From positions 90,184,689-90,220,886 of the forward strand of contig NC_068981.1 in assembly GCF_001194135.2 (NCBI RefSeq): 36,198 bases of DNA, written 5' to 3'. A model generated the notes under the pieces. The model was given only the letters and a program-made list of their open reading frames with translations, had not been told where the DNA came from and did not search any database. Numbering within the stretch: the stretch's first letter is position 1; each line of letters starts with the position of its first letter. The stretch is from Octopus bimaculoides. Its lineage: Eukaryota. Below, piece after piece: positions 10,739 to 22,350 of this stretch. Both the position numbers and the translations under genes were made by a program.

Positions 10739-11178
10739 CACCACGATAAATAGCATCGTTAAAAAAATACAGTCAAAATTTTAGGCTGTCTATTTACCTG
10801 CTGCTAACCACCATCTAAGTTACCCAACCAGTAACAATAAAAATAGACCATTTAAAAAGATTCCAGCCAACAACTACAACACTAATTAGAGTTTATTCTC
10901 TAAAAATGTCAGTTGTTATTAACGAGTAGCTAATAGTGAAGTTCTAATTGATAGTTGACATTGTGTAACCTAAAATAAGAGATTTAGATTCATTTACAAA
11001 TAAAAAGCAAATCTACTACTCTATCATTATAATAAAAGATTACATTTCAGGAAGAAATCACCTTCAGTTAAATGATTTTAATAGCTTTTTCTAGAAAGAG
11101 AAATCAATTCAAAATTCTGATGCTACTTATAAGCAGGCTGGGTGGTGATAGAAAAATCTGCAAGTCCACATATATTAA

Positions 11179-11392
11179 TCATTAGCATTCAATTCACTGT
11201 CAAATATAAAGTTATGTTCATTCACATTGCTTTGAATTAATCATGCATTATCTTGTAGCTTCAAGATTTCAATGCTGTGATGGTTTATTGTTAGAAATGA
11301 CACTGTTGGGTAGGTGTGAGAGGCTGAATCTGGCTGGTTTGAACATAAAATATTTGGGCCAAGTATGGCTGGTCTAAATGCTTCAGAGTTCA
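11179..11392. mobile_element. piggyBac-like MITE (family P2), older copy
   Basis: Body aligns with 7671-7879 (TTCACATTG.TTTGAATTAATCATGCATTAT; GGCTGGTTTGAACATAAAA); ends are decayed. Confidence 0.55.
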
Positions 11393-11547
11393 AGCGATTT
11401 CTTTAAACACATTTCAGTTGACATCATCTAAATTTTGACTAGTAATCAGAAAAAGAAAAAAAAAATTAAATATCTCAAGTACCTTTTGTAAAGCAGAAAA
11501 GTAACAACTCCAATACTAACAGTTATAATAGTAGGGAACATCTAAAC

Positions 11548-11824
11548 CAGGGGTTTTCAAACTGTGGTCCACGGACCACAGGGGGTCCGTGGACAGCAAA
11601 TACTTTTTATGGGCAATTTGATTTTATATGTTTTTTAATCGAAATCTTTTAATTGACAATAAACCTATTTGTTAAAAACTGTTAAATAAATAAATGTAAA
11701 AATATATGTTATTTTAAGCAAATATTTATGTATAAATTTCATAAGCGTTTATAAGGCGGTCCGTCCCTAAGGTAAAGCCTGAAATATAAAGGGGTCCGCA
11801 AGTCAAAAAGTTTGAAAACCCCTG
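11548..11824. mobile_element. hAT (Charlie-like) MITE, 277 bp
   Basis: Perfect 16-bp TIR CAGGGGTTTTCAAACT; 8-bp TSD ATCTAAAC / ATCTACAC (7/8 match). Confidence 0.85.
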
Positions 11825-12319
11825 ATCTACACAGATATCTCACATGCAGCCAAATCTCCATACAGAAATATCAAACATCTGTTAGAAATGTCAAACATGT
11901 TTGACACGAGTAAGCAATTTCTGTGTTGCAACAAATCTGTTCAAGTAGAAATATTTGGAGGGATTGCCCAATAGCACACACAAAAGAAATTTGTGTGAAT
12001 AGTAGTGCGACATGGGCATAACAATTGAATTTGAATGTGGAAGATTTGCTGAGGTCAAAGTGAACATTGAATAGGATTCACTGGCTGCACTTAATTAACT
12101 TATTGAAAAGAGAGTTGAAGAGAGATAAGGTAGTTGAGCATTTTCAAGGTATATTAGCTGGTGTGAGTAGAAGAGGTGGTTGTATAGGTATGAGCATATG
12201 TGAACAAAGACCGTCTGGTCAAAAAGGTATAGAGTAACTTGTAACAAATGCAGTGAGAAAAAATTGTCTGGTTTCAAGATGAGGTGTAGTGATGGTAGGA
12301 GGGGGGGGGGGCTTACAAA

Positions 12320-12670
12320 CAGTATTCTTTTGTTTCAATCATTTCACTGCAGCCATGCTGGAGCACTGCCTTGAAGGGTTTTACTTGAACAGATTAACCT
12401 CAGGACTTTTTTAAAGCCAAGTATTTATTCAATTGGTATCTTTTGCCGAACCACTAAGTTACACCAGTTGTCAAGTGGTGATTGTGGGACAGACACAAAG
12501 ACGCACATTATACACACACAGTGGACTACTTTCAGTTTCCCTCTATCAAATCTACTCACAAAGATTTGGTTGGCCCAAGACTATAGTAGAAGGCACTTGC
12601 CCAAGGTGCCATGCAGTGGGACTGAACCCAGGACCATGTGGCTGGGAAGCAAGCTTCATACCACACAAAA
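12320..12670 (-). mobile_element. Family A SINE
   Basis: Reverse complement of the tail (GCAGCCATGCTGGAGCAC), core (CTTGCCCAAGGTGCC) and head. Confidence 0.75.
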
Positions 12671-14657
12671 ATGTGATTATGCTTCATTGAAGGATTGTTG
12701 CACATAACTGCACAAATAACAAAATGATTATGAAATCTGTGTTTTTATCTTTCAAATCACCATTCCTTCTAAAAGGAGTATTTGATTCATTTTTTTTTTT
12801 TTTAATGCACTCTTTCCATATAACTTACACTGGTAATGCTTTTGGGAATGATAAAATCTTAAGTCAGCCCCTATTTCACTTCCCTATAAATTTGAAGCCT
12901 TATTTCTCTTGAAATAGAAACAGAAAAAGTTTACAATACGTTGCATGAAAAAGATTTAAACTTTTCACCTGGATAATACATTGTTTCAGCAGTCGTTACT
13001 CAAGGCCTTCATGGTTTTACATTCAAATCCTAGCCCAGAATGAATAGACCTGTTATCCAAGTTATACCATGACATGAGGGGCTCCCTCACCACCACCACC
13101 ACATCTCTCCTCTTAAATTCAGACAATTTTTTCTGATAAATACTTTTCCTTACAAATTACTCTATACCTTTTTTGACCAGAAGGATTTTGTTCCAGTGCC
13201 ATATGGTGGTTGTTATATTGGGTATGCTGCCACACCCAATACCACCAAATTTCAAGCAGGGGTAAAACAAAAAGGTTTTAAGATTTGTGATTAAATTAAT
13301 GAGTAAAGTTAATATCTATAATGAATTTGCCATTTTTGATGGATGGGCAGCACACACCTAGCATACCAGGAATATACACCCCTGCTTTGTACACATATGC
13401 TCATACTTGTGCAGCTACCTCTTCAACCCACACTAGCTCGTATTTTTTCTTTTAACCTACCAGATACACTCCTTCCATGACCACCATTACCTAATACATT
13501 GTCCTTTTCTTAGACTGTAGGGTGTAATTTGAGGAAGACTTGGTTGTTATTTCTAACAGATTAAAAAAATCTTAACTTATTTTAAAAATAGAGAACATGC
13601 TGCAGCAGAGCTAAAGGGTTAATATTGATTTATTTTGACTACGTAGAAAGCCAACTTTCATAGGATGAGGGAATAATTAAATGAACACAGTATACATCTC
13701 AATCCAGGTTAAATTTTCACTATTAGAACCAAGACAAAAATAAATGCTATAATTCATTTTAATCCACAAAAATCAGCTGACTTAAAAAGCAGTAGTAACT
13801 ATTGATGAAACAATGGTATAATAAAACTAAGAAATATATTAAAATAAGATGCATTGCCTGCACACAAGTCATGCCTGAACACAGATTTTCAACTATTTAT
13901 CCTATTAGGAATGATTAATTCCATTAAGAATGAGCGCAGAAAAAAAAGGAAGATTACTTCAACAAAGCATTGCGCAAAAGAAGTTAATTTATCAAACATC
14001 AGGATGAAGATAAAAATTTGAAACAAGCACATTATACTGTCACAAAAAACTTGATCTAAATCAACAAATAAAATCTTTCCTCCTTTGTTAATAGGAAAAC
14101 AAAAATGAACAGCAATAAATGCTTTTGCTATGAAGGGAAAGTAATTAAAAAAATGAAAATTACTGTCTGGAAACTGGACATATGAGCAATTACATAAATA
14201 GAAATTAATTGCAGTTACATAAAGCCTTTTGTATTCTCCTCATACCTTTTATCATAAAAAGCTGATGTCCAAGATACAAATAAAAATAAAATTTTCTTAG
14301 TTATATAAGAGAGAGGGCTCACACAAAAATGCGTTACAGCAACTAGTGACAAAAATGTGTTACAGCAACTGGAGAAAGTGACAAGGCAGCAGACAATGGG
14401 AAGAGCAACACTGTTAAAGAAATTTAAGAGGGTGACAGTTGCATAAATATCAAAAAGTGATACAATCAACATAAATGACGATAATGCATGCCACTACCTA
14501 ATTAAATATGTGTTATGCAATGGCAAAAAGTTTGTACATATATCGTAGACACTAGACTAGTGATTTAACTTTGCAGCCATAAAATGCTGGCAATTAAATC
14601 TGCAACACTCTTTAAATTCCTGGTTACGCTATTTTGTTACTTCATTTACTGTGCAAT

Positions 14658-14833
14658 CATCATCATCATCATCATCATCATCGTTTAACGTCCGCTTTCC
14701 ATGCTAGCATGGGTTGGACGATTTGACTGAGGACTGGTGAAACCAGATGGCTACACCAGGCTCCAATCTAAATTTGGCAGAGTTTCTACAGCTGGATGCC
14801 CTTCCTAACGCCAACCACTCAGAGAGTGTAGTG
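14658..14833 (-). mobile_element. RTE terminal fragment with (GAT)n tail
   Basis: (CAT)7 followed by the exact reverse complement of the RTE tail; GTGCAAT flanks both sides (possible TSD). Confidence 0.8.
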
Positions 14834-14964
14834 CAATAACCCTGTAATTTCTGGTCATAATCAATAACAGCCTGGAAAGGAATGTCATCTTACTATGATA
14901 AAGACAATACGATCATTGGTGACCCGATCATCCCATTTATGAAATGAATGCCTCCTGTTCATTG

Positions 14965-15262
14965 GAACTGTCGCTTACAAGTGTTTCCAGTTGATCCAAT
15001 CACCAGAACAGCCTGCTCGTGAATTTAATATGCAAGTGGCTGAACACTTTACGGACTCACATACCCCTGAGCGTAGTTCTCAGGGAGATTCAGCATGACA
15101 CTGAATGTGACAAGGTGAGCCCTTTGAAATACAGGTACTACTCATTTTTGCCAGCTGAGTGGACTGGAGGAAAATGAAGTGTCTTGCTCAATGGCAACAG
15201 GCTGCCAGGGAACGAAATCAAGACCTTACAATCATGAGACAAACACCCTAACCACTAAGCCA
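14965..15262 (-). mobile_element. Family D SINE (different head/core, family-B tail)
   Basis: Same organisation as 26312-26637; boundaries approximate. Confidence 0.65.
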
Positions 15263-15442
15263 ACCAACTTCAGAGCCACATGCCAATTCAACTCCAGTAA
15301 AAAGGATTGAATCAACCCAAGACCATGGTGGACGACATGTGCCCAAAGGTCCCAGCTGCATGCCTCCTGCCAGAATACATAAAAAGAAACAAAATACTTT
15401 ATTTACAATTGACAGATATTTGTCCTCATCTTGTTCGTTGTT

Positions 15443-15485
15443 AACACATTTCGGTTGATATACCCTCCAACCTTCATCAGGTGTC
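15443..15485 (-). ncRNA. Hammerhead-like motif, left arm of the palindrome
   Basis: GACAC-CTGATGA-A-GGTTG(gagggtatat)CAACC-GAAA-T-GTGTT: canonical core with stems I and II, but helix III (CGT) is missing. Confidence 0.55.
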
Positions 15486-15769
15486 TTGAGGAAATTTCAA
15501 ACCTGGGTTCTCATTCCTAAGGTATTTTTTGATGTTTGTTGTTATTCTGGTCACTGTCTGGAATTGAACTCAGAATCTTGGGGTTAGTAGCCCACGCTCT
15601 TAACCACAATGCCATATGCCCACAAGCATATGGCGTTGTGGTTAAAAGCATGGGCTACTAACCAAGATTCCAAGTTCAATTCCAAGCAGTGACCTGAACA
15701 ATAATAATAATAATAATAAACATCAAAAAATATCTTAGGAATGAGAACCCAGGTTCGAAATTTCCCCAA

Positions 15770-15812
15770 TACACCTTATGAAGTCTGGAGGGTATATCAG
15801 CCGAAATGTGTT
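15770..15812 (+). ncRNA. Hammerhead-like motif, right arm of the palindrome (core mutated)
   Basis: TACAC-CTTATGA-A-GTCTG(gagggtatat)CAGCC-GAAA-T-GTGTT. Confidence 0.45.
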
Positions 15813-16399
15813 AACAACAAACAAGATGAGGACAAATATCCGTCAATTGTAAATGTACATAATTCCTTATCTCTTAAATATAGAGCTGTATTAAGAAAAA
15901 AATAATCACAAATTGATTTTAAATCAGCAATGCATTTATGAAAAATGCTATCTTCTAGTCAAAATCTTTACGAAAATAAACCAAGTTGCTTGTCACAACT
16001 AACAAAACAGTATTATCATTCATTTAACTAATAATCTCTTTATATTTCAAATCAGAGAGAGACCATCAGCTTTAGTGGGTTCTTAGAGACAGGGAGAACA
16101 AGAATACCCAATAAAAATCAATGCAGTTAAGGCTCAATGTAAATTAGTACAAACCAAGCTAGTCCTTTGATGTGAAACAAGAGCAGTAGATTTTTATTGG
16201 AACCTGTTTTTAAAAAAAATAGAAAAGCATCCTCAATAATTTAAATTTAAAATCTATCATACATACCAATATGAGAAAGTGTGTGAAAAGACTGAAATTG
16301 TAGAAGTTACCTCTGCAGAAATTATATAGTGCACTCAAACAGAAGATTAAAATCTTAATATTTCAACAGTAAAGAATAAGTAGCAGATCTGATGAGAAT

Positions 16400-16900
16400 G
16401 TTAACATGGTCCTGGGTTCAATCCCACTGCGTGGCACCTTGGGCAAGTGTCTTCTACTATAGCCTCGGGCCAACCAAAGCCTTTTGAGTGGATTTGGTAG
16501 ACGGAAACTGAAAGAAGCCTGTCCAGGTGACACGTAAAAGCACCCACTACACTCTGAGTGGTTGGCGTTAGGAAGGGCATCCAGCTGTAGAAACTGCCAA
16601 ATCAGATTGGAGCCTGGTGTTGCCATCCTGTTTCACCAGTCCTCAGTCAAATCGTCTAACCCATGCTAGCATGGAAAGCGGACATTAAACGATGATGATG
16701 ATGTTTGTGTGTCTGTGTTTGTCCCCCCAACATCGCTTGACAACCGATGCTGGTGTGTTTATGTCCCCGTAACTCAGCAGTTCGGCAAAAGAGACCGATA
16801 GCATAAGTACTAAGCTTATAAAGAATAAGTCCTGGGGTTGATTTGCTCGACTAAAGGCGGTGCTCCAGCATGGCCGCAGTCAAATGACTGAAAAAAGAGG
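16400..16900 (+). mobile_element. Family A SINE with an RTE tail (~16522-16703) inserted in its centre
   Basis: SINE 5' half ends GAAAGAAGCCTGTC; the RTE tail ends (GAT)n; the SINE resumes TTTGTGTGTCTGTGTTTGTCCCCCC and runs to GTCAAATGACTGAAA. Confidence 0.8.
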
Positions 16901-17209
16901 AACTGACTTAAATAATACCCAAGCAGAGATGGTTCATCAATTTAATATAACAAACACAGAAACAGCTTTGTAGTTAAAAAAAAATTTGCTTGGTAACCAT
17001 GTGGTGGTCTTAGGTTTGATCTCAGTGTGGGTAAGAGTCTTCGACCATTTTTTACAATTGATCAACACCTTGTGAGTGATGTCTGGTAGTTAAAATGTGT
17101 GGCGACCTGTCATCTACACACACATTTATATAATGTGGTGCGTGTACATGTGTTGATGAATCAACAGAATTGTTAGAGCATCATATTATAGTATTTGTTC
17201 TTGCTGTCA

Positions 17210-17490
17210 TTGTTCAGAAAAATGTGTAACACTTTAAGCATGAATATTTTTGAAAGAAGAGAAAGGAACCACATGCCCTTTTGGCACCAGTTCTCAAATA
17301 CCTCTTAAATTGTTTAGAAAAATGGATGACACTTCAAGAATGAAATCATTTTGAAAAATGAGAAAAGGTACCATCGGACCATTTGACACATTTTTCAAAT
17401 GCTTCAGGCAAATCGGTAACACCTCAAGCATGAAATACTTTTGAAAGATGAAGTAACTTTAAATTCTCAACAGTTCTCAAATAATTCAGA
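17210..17490. repeat. Degenerate ~95-100-bp tandem repeat, about 3 units
   Basis: Units start at ~17210, 17310 and 17401 and share AGAAAAATG..TAACAC.TCAAGCATGAA.TA.TTTGAAAGA; CAGTTCTCAAATA recurs. Confidence 0.65.
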
Positions 17491-17649
17491 TAATTTTGGG
17501 GGTAACTGTACTGAATGGAAGATCATTTAATAAGCAACCAAATATTTTTTTGCCACAATCCATCTTCTATTATCAGTGCAGTTGCCTTGGTAAAACTGCA
17601 CGTGTTTCTGGATCAATTCACTCTGGAAGCAATACCCAGGAGAAAAATA

Positions 17650-18900
17650 AATTCATTCCCTATTGCTAGTAGCGCTTCTTAAAAGTAAGAAAAATATTCT
17701 CAGTTCTTCAATACTGGAAATTCTTTGAACTACTGGCCAACATTTTGTACCTAGTTTTGCATCCAGTTTTGTCATACTACAATGGGATAATTGCTTATGT
17801 ACATGGATCTTCTTGTTACTAACCCCTCAATAAGACATCTTAGTTGATGATAAAGACATTGTAAATAACATTCGAGAGAGTCAAATTGGTTTTATTCATC
17901 ACAATAAAAGCAATCTGCCACCTATTTCATAACAACCAAACCTTCTGGTTCCTAGCAAGGAGGAACTGGGGTTAATTTTGCAGAATCCAACCAACCTCAA
18001 AATGACTACAGGCTATACTTGTGCAAATAAAATTACAGCAACCTCCAATTTCCTAAACAAAATCTCAGTTGAAAACTGATTACAACTGCTTCACAACAAT
18101 AAGCATACAACTGTCAAATGTGAAGATTTTTCCAGAAACTTCAGTCCAAAGCAAACAGTCCTGCATATGCCAACCAACAACTTTCAGCAGATGGCTCCCA
18201 AGATGATTTATATTCTAAGTTCTTCAATATTTCTCTCATTACAAGTACTTATATCAATCTTTAGAAATATGCAATAATATATATCCCTATTCCCACGAAG
18301 GGCAGCGGAACTGACTTTCAGAATATAAAGGGTTTTGGAAATGGTTATAAACAAATATCTCTTTCACCTGGGCCTCTTCCCTTTGAACCAATCTGTTGGA
18401 GAACCATTATTATATCTACATCAACATTAAGCCTTGAATATTTTAGCAAGAGTAATGTTGATTGTAACATCAGCAAAGACTGATCAGGATACAAGAATTT
18501 CCCCAACAAAATTACCTCTGTGGGCTCCCCAACCTCATTTCTTGGAGCATAAAATATTTGTCTACTATACATAGTACACTGACAATGCTTCAGCCACCCA
18601 ATATTTTATTAACATTAATATACCTCAGAGTAAGTCACTTCCTCAGACTTCTATCAGCAAACTGATCACCATTATCCATAATCACACTCCTAAAAATTAA
18701 CATCCTTCATTCATTCTGCCCTTCCAAAGATACACCATCTACACAGCCAATAAATTTCAGGTCACACTGACACTAGAATACAGAACTTTCAACAAGATAT
18801 TTCAAAGCTAAAAATATCAGTCCTAAATAGTTGTTAGCTCTCTAGAGAATAAATTCACATATCTAGCTTGGTGCAGTTGCCACAGACACAAACATTCTAA
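17650..18900 (-). mobile_element. Ancient L1/Tx1-clade LINE reverse-transcriptase relic
   Basis: Frameshifted minus-strand peptides appear in correct RT order: IMDN..SLRK, FMLQEMRLG, NNGSPTDWFKGKR..YLFI, IYYCIF..NERNIEELR..ILG, and GGRLLLL..LSRMLFTMSL. Confidence 0.55.
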
Positions 18901-19137
18901 ACTACATTTGGTGCACTGTATCCTCTTTTGCAGCTACAACAGTTCCTGATCTCAATAAGCAACTTCTATATCACCTCCATTGAAGCCAACACATCTTTCC
19001 TTCTCCTACCCAACAGTGAACCAGTTCAGAAAATATACCATAGGGCAAGGTTCCTCATAAAAAAAAAGATTTCCCTTGTAAGTTGAGGGAAGCAGCTATG
19101 AGGATTGAAAAGTTAGTGGATAAATTACCCAGTTTAA

Positions 19138-19356
19138 CCCTTTCGTTACCAAGCCGGCTGCAACCAGCTCTGGCTCTGAGTACAAATGTCATATTTTCAT
19201 AAGTTTTTAATTAAAATCTTCCATCAAACCTTAGTCACAATTTATGTTCCTAATACTAGCTGAATGATAACTAAGTTATTTACTAAATTCTTTGTTATAT
19301 TTAAAGTAATTGAAAGAAACACAGAGCATCTTAAAATAAATACAGTAACAAAAGGG
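19138..19356. mobile_element. piggyBac-like MITE (family P1), 219 bp
   Basis: TTAA|CCCTTTCGTTAC ... GTAACAAAAGGG|TTAA, with TTAA at 19134-19137 and 19357-19360. Confidence 0.85.
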
Positions 19357-20335
19357 TTAATGAAATTTAGATGGTTTCCAAGTTTTTTGAACTTGTCCAA
19401 CATCATGATGAGGAAAGAAATATACCATTTCAAGAATAAGTGTGACTGTGTGGTTAAAAAGTCACATGGTCTTTAGTTCAGTCCCACTGGGTGGCACCTT
19501 GAGCATGTGTCTTCTATTACATCCCCAAACTGACCAAAGCCTTGTTAGTGGATTTCATAGACAGAAACTGAAGGGCACCCATCATAAGTGTATGTGTGTG
19601 TTTCCTTGTCCTAATATTGTGATTGTTGTAAATGAATGTCATTTCCAATATCCTGCGAAAATCTGCCTAGACTTGGGAAAACATTGCCTTACTTGGAAAC
19701 AAGTAACGGTGAGTGACATGAAGGGCATCTGACCATACAAAAAAAAAAATCTGCCTCAATAAACTCCACCTGAGCAATGCAAGTATTGTATACTGAACAT
19801 TAAAGTAATGATGATAACCTATGTTATGTAATCTCGTTTATTAATTAAGATGCAACAGTGCCAAAAGATTTACTTTTTTTTATATTATTTTGGAAAGTGT
19901 CTGATATTTAATCATTTTGTCTTGCTTTGGGCCCTCAACTCTGGAATCATAACTGCCATTGTGACATGCATATCTCAGGCTCTTTTATATCTAGTAGAGT
20001 CTATCCATCACCAAGTCTGACCACAACCAATTAATAGAAGAGATGAAGGCAGAAAGAGTAAGAAAGAGAAGAATTGATCCTGGTACAATCAAAAGGTTAA
20101 AGTAAAAGTTGACCTCAGATTTGAATTCAGAGAATAGAGAGCTGGAGATTACCACACTGTCAGACTAACACCTACAAATCAGTCACCATAAACCAGTTCA
20201 AGAACCACTGTAGCAAGGTATTTTGAGAAGAGAAGGTATGAGCATCTGTTGTAGAGTTACAATATTCAAAGAAATATCTCACAAAAAGAAAGTGGAAGAG
20301 TGTAGATAGAATGAAAACAGACAAATTCAGCTTAA

Positions 20336-20535
20336 CACTTTAGCATTCAAACCAGCCATATCCAGCCTAAATATCCTGTTTCATGTTCAAACCAGCCAGA
20401 TATAGCCTCTCACACCTACCCTACTTATGTCCTAAAAATAAGCAATCTCAAAGCTACAAGATAATGTATGACCAGTTCAAAACAATGTGAATAAATAAGC
20501 ATTGCATTTGACAGAGTAATCTGAATGCTAAAGGG
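20336..20535. mobile_element. piggyBac-like MITE (family P2), 200 bp
   Basis: TTAA|CACTTTAGCATTCA ... TGAATGCTAAAGGG|TTAA. Confidence 0.85.
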
Positions 20536-20661
20536 TTAATGCTCCTGGTGTTGGCAACCAGGTATATTCGTCAAATATTTTATATCAAAATTCATTTAAT
20601 TTGAATATCCTACAGTACACTGAAATCTCAATTTTGATGCTGTGTTATGACTATAGACACA

Positions 20662-20822
20662 GACATGGCTGGGCAGCTAAGAAGCTTGCTTCCTAACCAT
20701 GCGGTCTGAGATTCAGTCCCATTGCATAGCACTGTGGGTAATTATCTACTATAGCCCCAAGCCAACCAAAACCTAGTGAATGGATATGGTACATGGAAAC
20801 TGTAATAAGTCTGCCATATATA
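20662..20822 (+). mobile_element. Family A SINE 5' half running into an N-gap
   Basis: AAGAAGCTTGCTTCCTAACCATGCGG..CTACTATAGCCC..AAACTG; Ns span 20823-20948. Confidence 0.7.
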
Positions 20823-22350
20823 NNNNNNNNNNNNNNNNNNNNNNNNNNNNNNNNNNNNNNNNNNNNNNNNNNNNNNNNNNNNNNNNNNNNNNNNNNNNNN
20901 NNNNNNNNNNNNNNNNNNNNNNNNNNNNNNNNNNNNNNNNNNNNNNNNTATATATATATATATATATGATGAAAAACTTGTTTTATTCTACAGCAAGCCT
21001 ACATGTTTCAAGTACATAGATCTCATTCAGTACACCAGTTTATTAACATCTAGATCTACTGTTGGTGCAGATAACCTTACAGTATAAGTAGGTTTAAAAG
21101 TCAACCATCTTTTGCAAAGTGCTAATGCTTACCTTTGTCCCTAAAACACTGCACTAAATTTGATTCTTGGCAACTATTTCTTTACATGATTTATTCAGCT
21201 CAAAGTTGTAACCAATTATTTTCACAAGTTTAATCAGATTGCACTCTAGAACTCTTTCTAATTTGGCAAAAGGCCAGCAATTTTGAGGACATGGGGCAAT
21301 TGATTATATTGACTTCCCATTGCTCAATCAGTATTTATTTTATAAACCCTGAAAGAATGAGGCAAAGTTGACCACGGCAGCATTTGAGCTCCAGTTGGAA
21401 GAAATGCCACTAAGCGATTCATCTGGTATGGGAACATTTGTCAACTCATCACCTAGGACAATAATAGCAACAACAGCAGAATAAGAACAGTAACCCATCT
21501 GGCAGATGGGTTAATGTTAGCATGAATGGTATGGTACAGATGAGCTGAGAGACAATTGTGAATAAGAGAAATTGGATTTAGTGTGCAAGTATAAAAATTG
21601 CATTGGAACACACAGACATCTTCGTTAATCTGTTATTCATATGAATTGCAAATAGAAAGAAATTTTAAGAGATTATAGAAGACACAGGCAGAAATGGTAG
21701 AAGCTGATCTTAGGATGCTGAAGTTTGCAACTCTTCACTAAACTTGAAATACAGACTCAACCAAACTCAGTCTCTGGATGCTACTTATAGAATGCAGATT
21801 TCCCCAGTGAACTTCCCTCTTTTTTAATGCCATGTTTAAAATTGCAATAAAAACAGAATCCAGTTCTTTTTCGAGGACATCATGAACAAATCGATCTATA
21901 AATAAATATGCTACTTTTATGCTGGCTATTTGCCCAGAAAAATGAAACAAGAATAATTGAATGTATTTCACAAGTATGTCAGTGGAGAAGAGAGACATCA
22001 TCATTTACAATCCTTGCTCCAAAAGCACATCAAGAAAAAGAGATCAGAAAACTTTATATATTTTTTATAAAGACCCCTTAGGTCATGAATGACCATGGGA
22101 TTGCACAAGTGGGTAAGGTTGTTTATGGAAGACCAGCAGTTGCCCATGCATATTAAGCCACCAATGTTATCCAAAGGAAAAAGTGTCTTGCTCAAGAGCA
22201 ACACAGTCTGATCCAGGAACCACACTCACCTCATGATTGTAAGCCCGATGCTCTAACCACTGAGCCATGGCCTTCACATATACATACTGTATATACATGT
22301 GCAAAAGTCGAATCTTTTTAGACCATTTTCTAAGGTCAAAAAATTTGAAC

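Larger units (their letters stand above)
15401..15854. repeat. 454-bp palindromic element: two head-to-head tRNA-like units, each followed by an (AAT)n-like tract and a hammerhead-like fold
   Basis: Arms 15401-15619 and 15626-15854 are reverse complements around a 6-nt spacer (GCCATATGC-CCACAA-GCATATGGC); the ends read ATTTACAATTGAC / GTCAATTGTAAAT. Confidence 0.9.

Noticed and set aside
13195-13384. Possible MITE with GGTATGC/GCATACC and CAGTG../..CCCCTG ends
   Set aside because: The termini are too decayed and no TSD can be assigned.
18870-18960. Cys-rich minus-strand peptides (CCSCKRGY, CGNCTKL) resembling zinc knuckles
   Set aside because: They need frameshifts to fit CCHC and lie too close to the RT motifs for a normal L1 ORF1; not supportable.
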